Assembly (NCBI GenBank): GCA_965140585.1 | Contig: OZ223269.1 | Coordinates: 1,152,001 to 1,216,000 of the forward strand | Reading direction: 5' to 3' | Length of the DNA stretch: 64,000 nucleotides | Source of the DNA: Spirochaetia bacterium | GTDB lineage: Bacteria; Spirochaetota; Spirochaetia; UBA9216 | Part shown: positions 39,882 through 49,772 of the stretch, piece by piece | Layout: each line of letters starts with the position of its first letter | Position numbering within the stretch: the stretch's first letter is position 1 | Position numbers and translations under genes: made by a program | The notes under the pieces: generated by a model | The model's input: only the letters and a program-made list of their open reading frames with translations | Told to the model about the DNA's origin: nothing | The model's database searches: none

Positions 39882-41292
39882 AGCAACAACAGCCTTCATT
39901 TGTTCTGCGGTAATTTTCTTTATTCCGCTCATTAGTATATCCGCACAGGATAGTACGGCTGAAGCTGACCCAACCTCCACTGGAACCTCTGCTGATGAAC
40001 AGACGAAAGCAGATGAGAAAAAAGCAGAAGAACAGCTTAAATCTCTTGATGAAGACAGAAGAGATACGCTTCTCTACGGCATCGATTCAGAAGTTACCGA
40101 ACTTATAGACAAACTGACTTCTGAAAAGGATTCAAAGTTTACTCCTGAAATCAGCGAAATTTACTCTGCAGCTCTGAATCCATCGATAATCAGCAGCTGT
40201 GTTAATTATTTTATCACTGTAGAATTTGACGGTGCCGGAGAAAAATCCAGAGATATAATCAGTAATTTTGAAGATGAGAATAATAATTCACTGTCCGCCG
40301 CACTGCGGTATGTTTCAACCTATCCTGATGAAGAATCTGAAGATATCATTATAAATCTTGTTGATAATGAGAATAAACTTTTAGCTTCCGCAGCAATAAC
40401 CGCTCTTGGTAAATGCGGCACAGAAAAAAGTGCAGACACACTTCTTGATTACCTTGAAGACGATGATTTTCCAGAAGAACTAAAACCGACAATTATTAAA
40501 GCACTCGGTGAGATGAAATCTGAGATTTCGGTCGATATCCTTATTGAAATTCTGGATGACATTGATGAAGAAAAATCATGGCGGTGGAATGCTTGTGAAG
40601 CACTCGGTAAAATCGGCGATCCTGAAGCTCTTCCGTCTATTAAAGAAGCACTGCTTGATAAGGATACTTATCTCCGCTCATTTGCGGTAAAAGCGCTGTC
40701 ATCCTATGAAGGCAGCGATATAGAAAAAACACTCATCCAGTCCCTCCGTGATTCATTCTGGAGAGTCCGGGTAAGTGCAGCAGAAGCCCTTGGTGAGAGG
40801 AAAACAAAAGAAGCTGTAGACATCCTTATTTATAAAGCTGAAAAAGATCCTGAAGCCAATGTTAAAAAAGCTGCAGTCAAAGCCCTAGGCGAAATAGGAA
40901 CCAAAGAATCCTTTGAGTTTCTGCGTGAAGCCTTCGGCAGCAGCAGCACTTCTGCCGGGATACGAGCGCTGTGTGCTCAAACCGTAATAGAAAAAGATCT
41001 TTCAGCCTCACTTGATACTGTAAAAAAGGTATTTGCTGAAGAGTATGAAAAAGAAACTTCACCAATCCTCGGTCATGTATGCAACTTTCTCAGCAAACAG
41101 GAAAACTCAGGACTTAAAGACCTTTATCTTAGAATGCTTGATCATAACGATGTTGCTATCAAGATATATGGAATCAAGGGTATAGAACTGAACGGATTTA
41201 AAGATCTGAAGGAAAAACTTGAGGCAATCACTGAATCAGCAGGTAATAATGCCGTAAAAAAGAATGCCCTGTCTGTACTTGAAGAGTGGTAA
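39874..41292 (+). CDS. exported HEAT-repeat protein
   Basis: Signal peptide; repeated A..ALG.IG...A...L...L.D units; overlaps the murJ stop by 8 nt. Confidence 0.85.
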   Translation: MHKATTAFICSAVIFFIPLISISAQDSTAEADPTSTGTSADEQTKADEKKAEEQLKSLDEDRRDTLLYGIDSEVTELIDKLTSEKDSKFTPEISEIYSAALNPSIISSCVNYFITVEFDGAGEKSRDIISNFEDENNNSLSAALRYVSTYPDEESEDIIINLVDNENKLLASAAITALGKCGTEKSADTLLDYLEDDDFPEELKPTIIKALGEMKSEISVDILIEILDDIDEEKSWRWNACEALGKIGDPEALPSIKEALLDKDTYLRSFAVKALSSYEGSDIEKTLIQSLRDSFWRVRVSAAEALGERKTKEAVDILIYKAEKDPEANVKKAAVKALGEIGTKESFEFLREAFGSSSTSAGIRALCAQTVIEKDLSASLDTVKKVFAEEYEKETSPILGHVCNFLSKQENSGLKDLYLRMLDHNDVAIKIYGIKGIELNGFKDLKEKLEAITESAGNNAVKKNALSVLEEW

Positions 41293-41315
41293 TGCAGTTA
41301 TAATCCAACGGCTCT

Positions 41316-43190
41316 TTAGAATTCCAGATCAGGGGTTCCGGTTGTTCTGGTCATATTAAGATATCTGTTAAGTTTCTCCAGTTTTGAAATATGCTGTCTG
41401 AACTCAATATAAAATGTATGCTCGTCCTTATTAACTACTTTTACAGGTCTGTAAAGGCAGCCGTGCATGGGACCGTCAAGTTCGGGGAAAAACTCAGGGA
41501 TTTCAGGCCGTAAAATAAAATCATCGCCAGTACATTCGATTGTAGCAATTACCGCTGGCACCTTTACCAGAAAGATTCTGAACGCAGCTCCTGATGAGCC
41601 GCCTATTTTCTGTCTGGTATTTATTCCAAGCCACTTTATATTGAATATTCCGGTTTGAGTATTCTGCCCGTATACAATCATTTGTATAGGTCTGTTCTTC
41701 TTTATATCAAACTCATCAAACCCGCGGCGCTTAGCCTCAGCAATCATCAGCTCCTGCATTGCATTAGGCTGCTCGATAACGGGCATCTTTTCGTGCTCTT
41801 TACGTTTTCTTGCTGAAGCAGCCCCGGATTCGCTCGGTTCCAACCCATCTTCAGATTTTTTCGCAGACTTTGCTGCAGAAATATCAGATGAAGCTTCAGA
41901 AACTTTATGTTGCGCTTTCGCCGATGAAGTCATCGACGGTAAATGCGATGCTGACCCGGCAAGTTTTCTGAGTATAAGAATCAGCAGCACTGCAATAACG
42001 ATTGCGGCTAGAAGAACTATAATTATAAATCTGACTATGGGGCTGAGCGAAGAGATAGGACCACGGCTTTCGATCACTTCAAAATGCAGATTAACGCTGT
42101 CAGGACTCACCCTTTGCCCCCCGGTGAAAATAAACTTTATTTCTGCAGTATATTCTCCCGGAATAACTGATTCAGGAAGGCTGACAGCAGCTGTCATTGT
42201 ACCTTCGGCTCTTCCTTCAAGTTTCAGACTTACCGGTTCCTGAAGAATGTCCCGTCCGTCCCATAACAGAGCGGAAAGACTCAGTAAAATATTTGAATCG
42301 GATTTGTTTGTAATTTCAATTGGAAGCTTAAAATTTCTTTTTACTTCTCCAAGTTCACTATTTACATGAAGTGCAGGAATTCCCAGAGCTACAGCAGCCA
42401 TGTCATTTTCATCAACATCGAAAACACTTGAACTTGCTCCGGCTGCTTTACTAACCTTTGAAATAACTTCATTACTGTCAGTTTTTTCTGATTCTGCAGA
42501 ATCGGATATTGCATCACTATTTCCGCCGGAAGCAGTGGAAATATTAGCAGAGTTATCCCCGGAACTGACATCTGTATTTCGATCTTTTGAAACAGCATTG
42601 TCCGGCTGCACCGGGGTTAGTGCATTCACGGATTCATTGTCAGAACCGCTTTCCGATTCATCAGTTTTCAACTGGAGGATGCTTACATCCCAGCCCTCTT
42701 TGTGGATATCACTTGAAACCCTGTTAAGTTCATCAAGTACTTCATCGTCAGTTTTACCGTAATAGGGACTTCCCTCAGGAGGATCATGAATTCCGTCGGT
42801 CAAAATAATAATTTTCTTGGCATTACTTAAAGGCAGATCAAGGCAGTATTTATACAGAACACGCAAAGCCAGAATAAGATCGGTATGCTGTCCCATAGGC
42901 TGAAGCAGCATGGAGTAACTCATGACCTGGTTAAGGTCGTCATTATTTCTGATTTCTCTGGCTATTTCCACTTCTGTAGAATCAGAAAAGGTTATCAGGT
43001 TGAAAGTGTCACCTGGCTTCAGATGCTCTGTAATAATTTTACCGATAAGAGATTCCTGAATACGATCGTAGTAGGGGATTACACTTATGGAATTATCAAG
43101 AAGTATAACCATATCGGTTCTGTCCGCGCCCGAAACAGGGCTGAGCAGAACCAACAGGAAAATAATAAAACTAATAACACTTTTTTTCAT
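41316..43190 (-). CDS. von Willebrand factor A domain membrane protein
   Basis: Signal peptide; MIDAS DNSIS...T...ILTDG; Ser/Asp-rich linker, Ig-like segment, TM helix, cytoplasmic tail. Confidence 0.82.
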   Translation of the reverse strand: MKKSVISFIIFLLVLLSPVSGADRTDMVILLDNSISVIPYYDRIQESLIGKIITEHLKPGDTFNLITFSDSTEVEIAREIRNNDDLNQVMSYSMLLQPMGQHTDLILALRVLYKYCLDLPLSNAKKIIILTDGIHDPPEGSPYYGKTDDEVLDELNRVSSDIHKEGWDVSILQLKTDESESGSDNESVNALTPVQPDNAVSKDRNTDVSSGDNSANISTASGGNSDAISDSAESEKTDSNEVISKVSKAAGASSSVFDVDENDMAAVALGIPALHVNSELGEVKRNFKLPIEITNKSDSNILLSLSALLWDGRDILQEPVSLKLEGRAEGTMTAAVSLPESVIPGEYTAEIKFIFTGGQRVSPDSVNLHFEVIESRGPISSLSPIVRFIIIVLLAAIVIAVLLILILRKLAGSASHLPSMTSSAKAQHKVSEASSDISAAKSAKKSEDGLEPSESGAASARKRKEHEKMPVIEQPNAMQELMIAEAKRRGFDEFDIKKNRPIQMIVYGQNTQTGIFNIKWLGINTRQKIGGSSGAAFRIFLVKVPAVIATIECTGDDFILRPEIPEFFPELDGPMHGCLYRPVKVVNKDEHTFYIEFRQHISKLEKLNRYLNMTRTTGTPDLEF

Positions 43191-43204
43191 GAAAACGCTC
43201 CGGT

Positions 43205-45898
43205 TTAGAATTCAGAGACGGCCAGTTTTTCAATTGTATAATTATATTCTCTCTCATTTATAGTAAAGGTAAGAGTTTCGCCTGCCTGATGCCCAAGCAG
43301 TTCTCCAGCGAACGGAGACTGGTAAGAGATAATATTCTTTGCAGGGTCTGATTCCCATGGACCGAGAATTGTAAACTCTTCATTTTTACCGGAAGTATTA
43401 TTTTTCATTGAAACTTTAACACCGAAGGCAATCTTCTCATCGCTGATATTAGAAGGATCAACAATCTGAGCCTTTTCAATTTCTTCCTTCAGTTTACCGA
43501 CAGAAATCTGCAGAAGTTCCTGCTTTTCCTTTCCGGCTTTATACTCCGCATTTTCACTAAGGTCACCAAGTGCAATTGCAGCACCGATTTCCTTTGAGTT
43601 CATAGGTATCTCAACCTCAACAAGATGCTTAAGTTCCTTCTGTTTGATCTTGTAAGATTTTTCAGAAACAAGAAGTCCTCTGATGGATGTCTTCTTCTCA
43701 ACCTTTGATGATGTTTCATCATAGAACTTGAAGTCAGAAAATCTGTGTTTAATTGTATCTTTAAGTTTGATCTTAATCTGCGGATCGAGATCCTTAACAT
43801 CTGATATAAGAGTATAAATTCTTGATACAGAATCTTCATCAGCATTTGAAAGATAGTCGCTGATCTTGCCTTCACGAAACAGGAAGGTCTGAATCTGCTT
43901 GTTGAGCCTTCTGTTATCACTTACATCCTTTTTGTCGGATATCTCACGGAAGGTAATATCAAGAAGATGCACCATGTTTATGAGAATCTTCTCATAATTG
44001 GTATTATGCTTGCTGCACCATTTTTCAGTAACGTAATTTCTTACAATCCAGATAAATGCTTCTCTGAACTCCCTATACCGGTCTGAAATAGAAATGAAAA
44101 GTTCTTCAATTCTGTCCTTGTATCCGGAAGAGGAGAGTTCATCAATAATGGCAGTAGACATTGATTTCGGGAATAATCTGATGTAAAGATCCGGCCAGTC
44201 TTCAAGTTGTTTAAGTGCAATAAGAAAACTTCTTTTAATATCACTGTTATCAAGCTTTACGTAAGCGGCTTCAAGGTCATCAATATTTGCAATAAGCTTC
44301 ATAAAATCAAGTTCAAATTCAGCAGATTTCAGAAACGGAAACTCTTTCACAAGCTTGCTTACAACAAAGAAACTGGCAATAGTCTGTTCGTTTACAATAG
44401 TATGTGATTTCAGCAGATTGGCAAAATAGGAAAACATTTCATTGAAAAAATCCGATTCTACATCACTGACTTTCACAAAGTCATCAAGTGCTTTAATCTT
44501 ATTGAAGAAATTCTTTTCAGCTTTAAATTTATTATAGATTTTCTCTTCTTTGGAGATCGGCTTGTCTCGTACGATAAAAACATCGATTTTATCAGGATGG
44601 TTGCCGAAAACAGGGTCTTCTTTAAGAATATTTCTTGCATTGGTACTCCAGCTTGACCATTCACCCTGTGTAAGGATTCCAGGAACCAGAGCAGCCTTGA
44701 TTTGCTTCATATTAGCTGCATTATCGAAACTTCTAATGACTATTTTTAAAGCCCAGGTAATGTCATTCTTAATCTTATCATGAAGCACATCTTTCTTTTT
44801 TCTTACTTTAAGAACTGTTATATGATCCTTTGCAAGACTGGTAAGAGCATTTACTGCCATTTTAAGCGACATCTTGTGATTACGCTTTTTAACAAAATCT
44901 ATAACTATTTCATCACCGCTTATGCTTTTGATTTTACCGATGCCCCAGGAATTATGGCTTACAAAGCTTCCGACATCGAATGAAATATGCTTTTCAAAGT
45001 CAGCAATCGCATCATGCACATTTCTCCAGCTCTGATTAAGGTTGGAAAGACGCACATATTCATCAAGCTGGCTGTGAAAGCTGTATTTGGCCTTGAAACA
45101 GTCCGTAATTTCTTTTCTTGCCCAGGCATTCTTTGGATCATAGATGAGAACCTGTTTCAGTATCTCTATACATTTATCCCAGAGTTCTTCCTGTTTGTAA
45201 TATGCATACAAATCTTCAAGTAGCTGTGAAGCACGTTCTGTACTGATAATAGTGCTGACTTTCCTGTCCACATGAGCAAAAAAGTCGGTTTCTTCTGGGG
45301 AGTATTCGATGAGCTTTGCCCAGATTTCCTTTACACTGCTGAAAAGTTTCTTATTTATATAACGGTGAATAGCTTTCTTGTATAATTCAACGGCTTCTTC
45401 GATCTGGCCTTCATTTTCTCTTTTTTCAGCGAGAAGCTTGGTGATATCAGCCTCTTCATAATCTACTTTAATCAGTCTGTCCCAGACTTCATATTTTTTC
45501 TCTTCTTCATTCTCGTTTTCATAGCATTCAGCAAGGGTTCTTAATGCGTATTTGTTTTCCCCGAATTCGAGGATTCTTTCGCAAAGGAACTCAACAATGT
45601 TCCATTTATGGTTATCTGTAAATATTGTAATCAGCATCACAAGGTTGGTATCATCGATGAGCTGGCGTCTTAAGGACAGGATTCCGGAAATGTAAAGTGC
45701 TACAATGCTGTTTTTTGTGTGAGTCAGGTGTTCGTCACAAAGATCCTTTACTTCATTCTGTATTTCATCTTCATAGGCAAGTTTGATAAGTGATTCAAGC
45801 TCCTTGAAGTTATTTATTGTATAGCTGTTTAAAGTTGCTCTGGTCCATTTCTCTTCGTTTAGGATCTCAGAAATCGTTTTTATGCAATCTGTGGACAT
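43205..45898 (-). CDS. greA: transcription elongation factor GreA, long form with a large N-terminal helical extension
   Basis: C-terminal GDLSENAEYKA...ILGPWESDP..NIISYQSP. Confidence 0.93.
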   Translation of the reverse strand: MSTDCIKTISEILNEEKWTRATLNSYTINNFKELESLIKLAYEDEIQNEVKDLCDEHLTHTKNSIVALYISGILSLRRQLIDDTNLVMLITIFTDNHKWNIVEFLCERILEFGENKYALRTLAECYENENEEEKKYEVWDRLIKVDYEEADITKLLAEKRENEGQIEEAVELYKKAIHRYINKKLFSSVKEIWAKLIEYSPEETDFFAHVDRKVSTIISTERASQLLEDLYAYYKQEELWDKCIEILKQVLIYDPKNAWARKEITDCFKAKYSFHSQLDEYVRLSNLNQSWRNVHDAIADFEKHISFDVGSFVSHNSWGIGKIKSISGDEIVIDFVKKRNHKMSLKMAVNALTSLAKDHITVLKVRKKKDVLHDKIKNDITWALKIVIRSFDNAANMKQIKAALVPGILTQGEWSSWSTNARNILKEDPVFGNHPDKIDVFIVRDKPISKEEKIYNKFKAEKNFFNKIKALDDFVKVSDVESDFFNEMFSYFANLLKSHTIVNEQTIASFFVVSKLVKEFPFLKSAEFELDFMKLIANIDDLEAAYVKLDNSDIKRSFLIALKQLEDWPDLYIRLFPKSMSTAIIDELSSSGYKDRIEELFISISDRYREFREAFIWIVRNYVTEKWCSKHNTNYEKILINMVHLLDITFREISDKKDVSDNRRLNKQIQTFLFREGKISDYLSNADEDSVSRIYTLISDVKDLDPQIKIKLKDTIKHRFSDFKFYDETSSKVEKKTSIRGLLVSEKSYKIKQKELKHLVEVEIPMNSKEIGAAIALGDLSENAEYKAGKEKQELLQISVGKLKEEIEKAQIVDPSNISDEKIAFGVKVSMKNNTSGKNEEFTILGPWESDPAKNIISYQSPFAGELLGHQAGETLTFTINEREYNYTIEKLAVSEF

Positions 45899-45910
45899 AT
45901 GTACTCCTGA

Positions 45911-46843
45911 CTAGTTAATATATTGATTAAAGACTTCGTTATTAAGTCTTTTTATTTTCCGCAACAGTTCCTCAATTTTTTCACGTTCTTCACCAACTGA
46001 AATGTAATGATCAACAAGCCTGAAGTATGCATTGAGTAGTCTGGGCTGTGTTTCTGCACCAATCTCTCCGTTTTCTTCAAGTCTGTTTTCAAACGAAAAA
46101 ATAGACTGTTTTAATTTTCCAAGCTCAAGCGGCTTGAGCTCTCTTTTGATATTGAATACTCCGTATATCACCCCGTAGACGGGTATCCATTCTTTTATCT
46201 GCTCCCTGCTCAGATTCAGCTCTCTTACTCTCGAAATAAGCCGCTGAATCATCATTGATTCCAGAAAGGCTGTCTCTACTTTTGAAGGATCAATAAAAAA
46301 GGCCTCCCTGAAGAACAGTTTTGCAGGCTTAATCTCATTGATTAAAGCATAGCAGTCTGCAAGTTCAGCCATTACTGCAGCATTCTCTTTCTGCTGTCTG
46401 AAAGTTCTTTCAAGAAAGGTCAGGGCATTGGCATAATCACCCATGCATTTATAGCACCTTCCTATTTTAAACAGTATCTCGTGGTCGTTCCCGCCTGAAT
46501 CATAGAAAACCTTCTCATAGCTGTTCAGAGCAGTCCCGAAACACCACTGTCTAAGTGCATTAATGCACTTTTCATCAAAGCCGGTAAAATTCTCTGCAAA
46601 AACCATGAAGTTCTTCCATTCTTTTAGAAGATATTCACCCTTGGCAAGATTTTCACCAATCGTATCTATTCTGTTCTCTTTCTCCCGCCAGAAATTTGCA
46701 CATTTAAGAGCACTCAGGATTCTATCATCCTCAAAATCTATCTCCAGAGCTTTCTCAAGTGTTTCAATGGCATCTCCAAAAAAGCCCTTGTGAAAAAAAC
46801 CATATGCCTCTTCGAGGAGAGATGACTTCATTACGCTGTTCAT
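45911..46843 (-). CDS. tetratricopeptide repeat protein
   Basis: TPR-like units (AIETLEKALEID, ILFKIGRCYKCMGDYANAL); 12 nt upstream of greA. Confidence 0.8.
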   Translation of the reverse strand: MNSVMKSSLLEEAYGFFHKGFFGDAIETLEKALEIDFEDDRILSALKCANFWREKENRIDTIGENLAKGEYLLKEWKNFMVFAENFTGFDEKCINALRQWCFGTALNSYEKVFYDSGGNDHEILFKIGRCYKCMGDYANALTFLERTFRQQKENAAVMAELADCYALINEIKPAKLFFREAFFIDPSKVETAFLESMMIQRLISRVRELNLSREQIKEWIPVYGVIYGVFNIKRELKPLELGKLKQSIFSFENRLEENGEIGAETQPRLLNAYFRLVDHYISVGEEREKIEELLRKIKRLNNEVFNQYIN

Positions 46844-46854
46844 GTGCGTCTTTC

Positions 46855-46882
46855 ATTATAACATGTGTGGATTATTAGTCAA
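46855..46882 (-). promoter_or_regulatory. sigma70 promoter of TPR-greA-vWA
   Basis: TTGACT, 16 nt, TATAAT with extended TG, 11 nt before ATG. Confidence 0.72.
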
Positions 46883-46912
46883 TCAGTGGAGGAAAACTCA
46901 GAGTGACAATAA

Positions 46913-46941
46913 TTGAACCTTTGTGCAAATTCTGGTACAGT
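46913..46941 (+). promoter_or_regulatory. sigma70 promoter of the rpe operon, leaderless geometry
   Basis: TTGAAC, 17 nt, TACAGT with extended TG, 6 nt, ATG 46948. Confidence 0.62.
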
Positions 46942-46947
46942 TTAGCC

Positions 46948-47613
46948 ATGAAAGATAAAAATGAAATAATTCTTGCCCCCTCAGTACTTTCCGCTGATTT
47001 TACAGCCATGAAAGACGGGGTCAGACTGGCTGAAAAAGCAGGCTGTGAATGGCTTCATCTTGATGTCATGGACGGTAATTTTGTACCTGTCATAACCTTC
47101 GGTCATAAGATGATTGCAGATATACGGCCGCTCACCAAACTCGTTCTTGATGCACATCTGATGATAAATTCGCCTGAAAATCAGATAGATAATTTTGTAG
47201 AGGCCGGTGCAGACTATATTACCATTCACATGGAAAGCACTGTTCATGTAAACAGAGTAATTAACAAAATTAAAGACAGCGGTGTTAAAGCCGGCATTTC
47301 ATTAGTTCCGTCAACACCAGTTGAGGCACTTTCAGAAATACTTTCCGAAGTTGATCTGGTCCTTATCATGACCGTAAACCCCGGTTTCGGGGGGCAGAAA
47401 CTTATACCTTCATGTATTGAGAAGATAAGAAAACTTGCGGCAATCCGTGAGGAAAAAGGCTATAATTACCTGATTTCCGCAGACGGAGGTATCAGCAGAA
47501 ATACTGTAGGCCCAATGATTGAAGCAGGGCTTGATGTAGCTGTAAGTGGAAGTTCTTTCTATGGAGCAGAAGACCCGGTAAAGGAAGCCGGAATCATAAA
47601 AGGCCGTATTTAA
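46948..47613 (+). CDS. rpe: ribulose-phosphate 3-epimerase
   Basis: APSVLSADF, HLDVMDGNFVP, MTVNPGFGGQ and DGG motifs. Confidence 0.97.
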   Translation: MKDKNEIILAPSVLSADFTAMKDGVRLAEKAGCEWLHLDVMDGNFVPVITFGHKMIADIRPLTKLVLDAHLMINSPENQIDNFVEAGADYITIHMESTVHVNRVINKIKDSGVKAGISLVPSTPVEALSEILSEVDLVLIMTVNPGFGGQKLIPSCIEKIRKLAAIREEKGYNYLISADGGISRNTVGPMIEAGLDVAVSGSSFYGAEDPVKEAGIIKGRI

Positions 47614-47664
47614 TTCTTTATATAATACGGAAAAAGGTCGAAATTGAAGATAGGAGTGCAGACC

Positions 47665-48705
47665 TTGAAACGTATATCAAAAATCCTTATAGCAGTTTCT
47701 CTTTTATATATAACGGCAGTTTCGGCGACCGCCCAGAATACCGCTTCAGTTTCAAAACTGGACATGGGTATTAAAAGTTTCGGTGTGGCCGATTATGAGA
47801 CTGCCTTGAACTATTTTCGTGAAGTAATTATCGACTCGGGACTTAAATTTTACCATTCAGATGCCTATTTCTGGATTGCAAAATCATATATGGCTCTTAG
47901 AAAGCTTGATAATGCGGAACAGAATCTTGAATTTTTTATTTCAAACTTCCCTGATCACAGATTTTATCCGGAAGCGCTATATCAGAAAGGCCGACTTCTT
48001 TTTCTTCAGCAGGATTATGAGAACTGCATACAGGAAAATCAGAAATACATAGAAAAATACCCGGACGCTCCTTTTACGGCAAACGCATACTTCTGGACCG
48101 CTGAATCATTATATTCACTCGGAAGGCTGCAGGAAGCAGAAAAGATATACAGTTACATTACCTATAAATATCCTTCAACCTATAAGGTTGAATCAGCAAA
48201 TTACCGTCTGGCTCTAATTGAGCAGAAATACAGAGAAGAATCCCTGATAGATCTTCTTAAACTTACTCATGAAGAATACCTGAAATCTCTCGAAGAATTT
48301 CAGGTAAGAGAAAAGACCTACGAAAAAGCTCTTGATAACTATCAGAAACGGCTTTCACTGTCTGAAACCGGAATCCAGGACAGTTCACAGGGGCTTTCAG
48401 TTGAGCTTCTGGACCTGCAGACAAAAATTAGAAATAAAGACAACGAAATCATGGCACTGAAACGGAAAATTGCTGAACTTGAATACAGGCTTACCAACGC
48501 AGAAACCAAAATTCAGGAATCTGCAGCGAAGGTTATTGAAGTAAATCCTGAAGAAACTGAAGCTGCAGACGTGAACCCCTCAGATACCGAAGAAAAAACC
48601 AATCTGACTGCGAATGACCGGCTGAAGCTGCTTGAAATAAAATCAAGAGCTCAGGAAATCAAAAACTTTTATCTTGAATATCTAAGCAAGGTCGGGAGAG
48701 AGTAA
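47665..48705 (+). CDS. exported TPR protein (BamD/CpoB-like repeats) with a C-terminal coiled coil
   Basis: AGGAG RBS and TTG start; signal peptide; AYFW.A and F..+P...A.Y repeats; heptad region. Confidence 0.8.
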   Translation: MKRISKILIAVSLLYITAVSATAQNTASVSKLDMGIKSFGVADYETALNYFREVIIDSGLKFYHSDAYFWIAKSYMALRKLDNAEQNLEFFISNFPDHRFYPEALYQKGRLLFLQQDYENCIQENQKYIEKYPDAPFTANAYFWTAESLYSLGRLQEAEKIYSYITYKYPSTYKVESANYRLALIEQKYREESLIDLLKLTHEEYLKSLEEFQVREKTYEKALDNYQKRLSLSETGIQDSSQGLSVELLDLQTKIRNKDNEIMALKRKIAELEYRLTNAETKIQESAAKVIEVNPEETEAADVNPSDTEEKTNLTANDRLKLLEIKSRAQEIKNFYLEYLSKVGRE

Positions 48706-49770
48706 ATGAAAAAGTTATACGCAGTGATACTGACAGCAGTTGTATTTACATCTCTTATTTCTGCAGAAGACATTAAAGAAGGCAGGATGAAGCTTACAAT
48801 GCATGAATCCAGCGGAAGAATAAGTGTTTTCTATCAGAATGAGCTTGTCACAGACAAATATACCTCTCTTCTGCTCAAACAGGATCCCAGAACAAGCGGT
48901 ATAACCCTGCTTGTTGATAATAAAACCTATAAGCTCGGTGACAGTTATGAGTTTGAACAGAGTATCGAACCTACTAAAACAGGATCTTCTTTTATATGGA
49001 CATCAAAACAGCTCAAGATAACAGAAGCCTTTTCATTTGTGACATCAAAGAATTCCAGTATAGCGGATGGAGTCAGAATCGATATCACAATAAATAATAT
49101 TTCTGAAACAGCCTTAAGTGTCGGATTGAAATACCTTTTTGACACATGGCTTGGCGAAAAGAACAAGAGCAACAGGCATTTTCGAAATCCTGATTATACA
49201 TATATTTCCGGTGAAAAAGTTTACAAGGGGCTTATGCCCGATTACTGGGTATCCATTGATGAGGATACTCCTGACATCGGACTTCTTGTAATGCTTGATA
49301 ATAAGGTAGTAACTCAGCCTGACCAGGTTATCTTCGCTAACTGGAAGAGGCTTGATGAAAGCGGGTGGACACTGAACACAAAGGACGACCGGAATTTCAA
49401 TCTGCTTCCTTATTCAATTAATGATTCTGCTGTTGCACATTATTATGCCCCCGTCAGAATCCCGTCCGGAAGCAGCCGTACAATAACTCTTGTACTTGGT
49501 AATTATTCTGAATCCGGATTTGAAGTAAAAACAGCAGCTGCAAATTCTAACCTTGATGATCTTTATAACCGTGTTTCAACCGATGATTCCACTGAATCAT
49601 TTACCAGTACTGAAAATGCTATCAAAAATGAACTTGTTTTAACAGATGACCTTATCATTCATATAAACAGACTGCTGAACTCTGATGAACCTTTAACAGA
49701 AGACGAGCTTAATACACTGAATATAATGATACAGGCCTTAGAAAAGAATAAAGAGAATTTTGAAGAATAA
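48706..49770 (+). CDS. exported hypothetical protein (beta-rich, helical C-terminus)
   Basis: 354-aa ORF with a signal peptide, abutting both neighbours. Confidence 0.75.
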   Translation: MKKLYAVILTAVVFTSLISAEDIKEGRMKLTMHESSGRISVFYQNELVTDKYTSLLLKQDPRTSGITLLVDNKTYKLGDSYEFEQSIEPTKTGSSFIWTSKQLKITEAFSFVTSKNSSIADGVRIDITINNISETALSVGLKYLFDTWLGEKNKSNRHFRNPDYTYISGEKVYKGLMPDYWVSIDEDTPDIGLLVMLDNKVVTQPDQVIFANWKRLDESGWTLNTKDDRNFNLLPYSINDSAVAHYYAPVRIPSGSSRTITLVLGNYSESGFEVKTAAANSNLDDLYNRVSTDDSTESFTSTENAIKNELVLTDDLIIHINRLLNSDEPLTEDELNTLNIMIQALEKNKENFEE

Positions 49771-49772
49771 CG

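Noticed and set aside
46903-46947. Upstream GTG start for rpe with GGAGG 10 nt before it
   Set aside because: The added residues run through the predicted promoter and lie outside the Rpe domain; ATG 46948 is preferred, but GTG is not fully excluded
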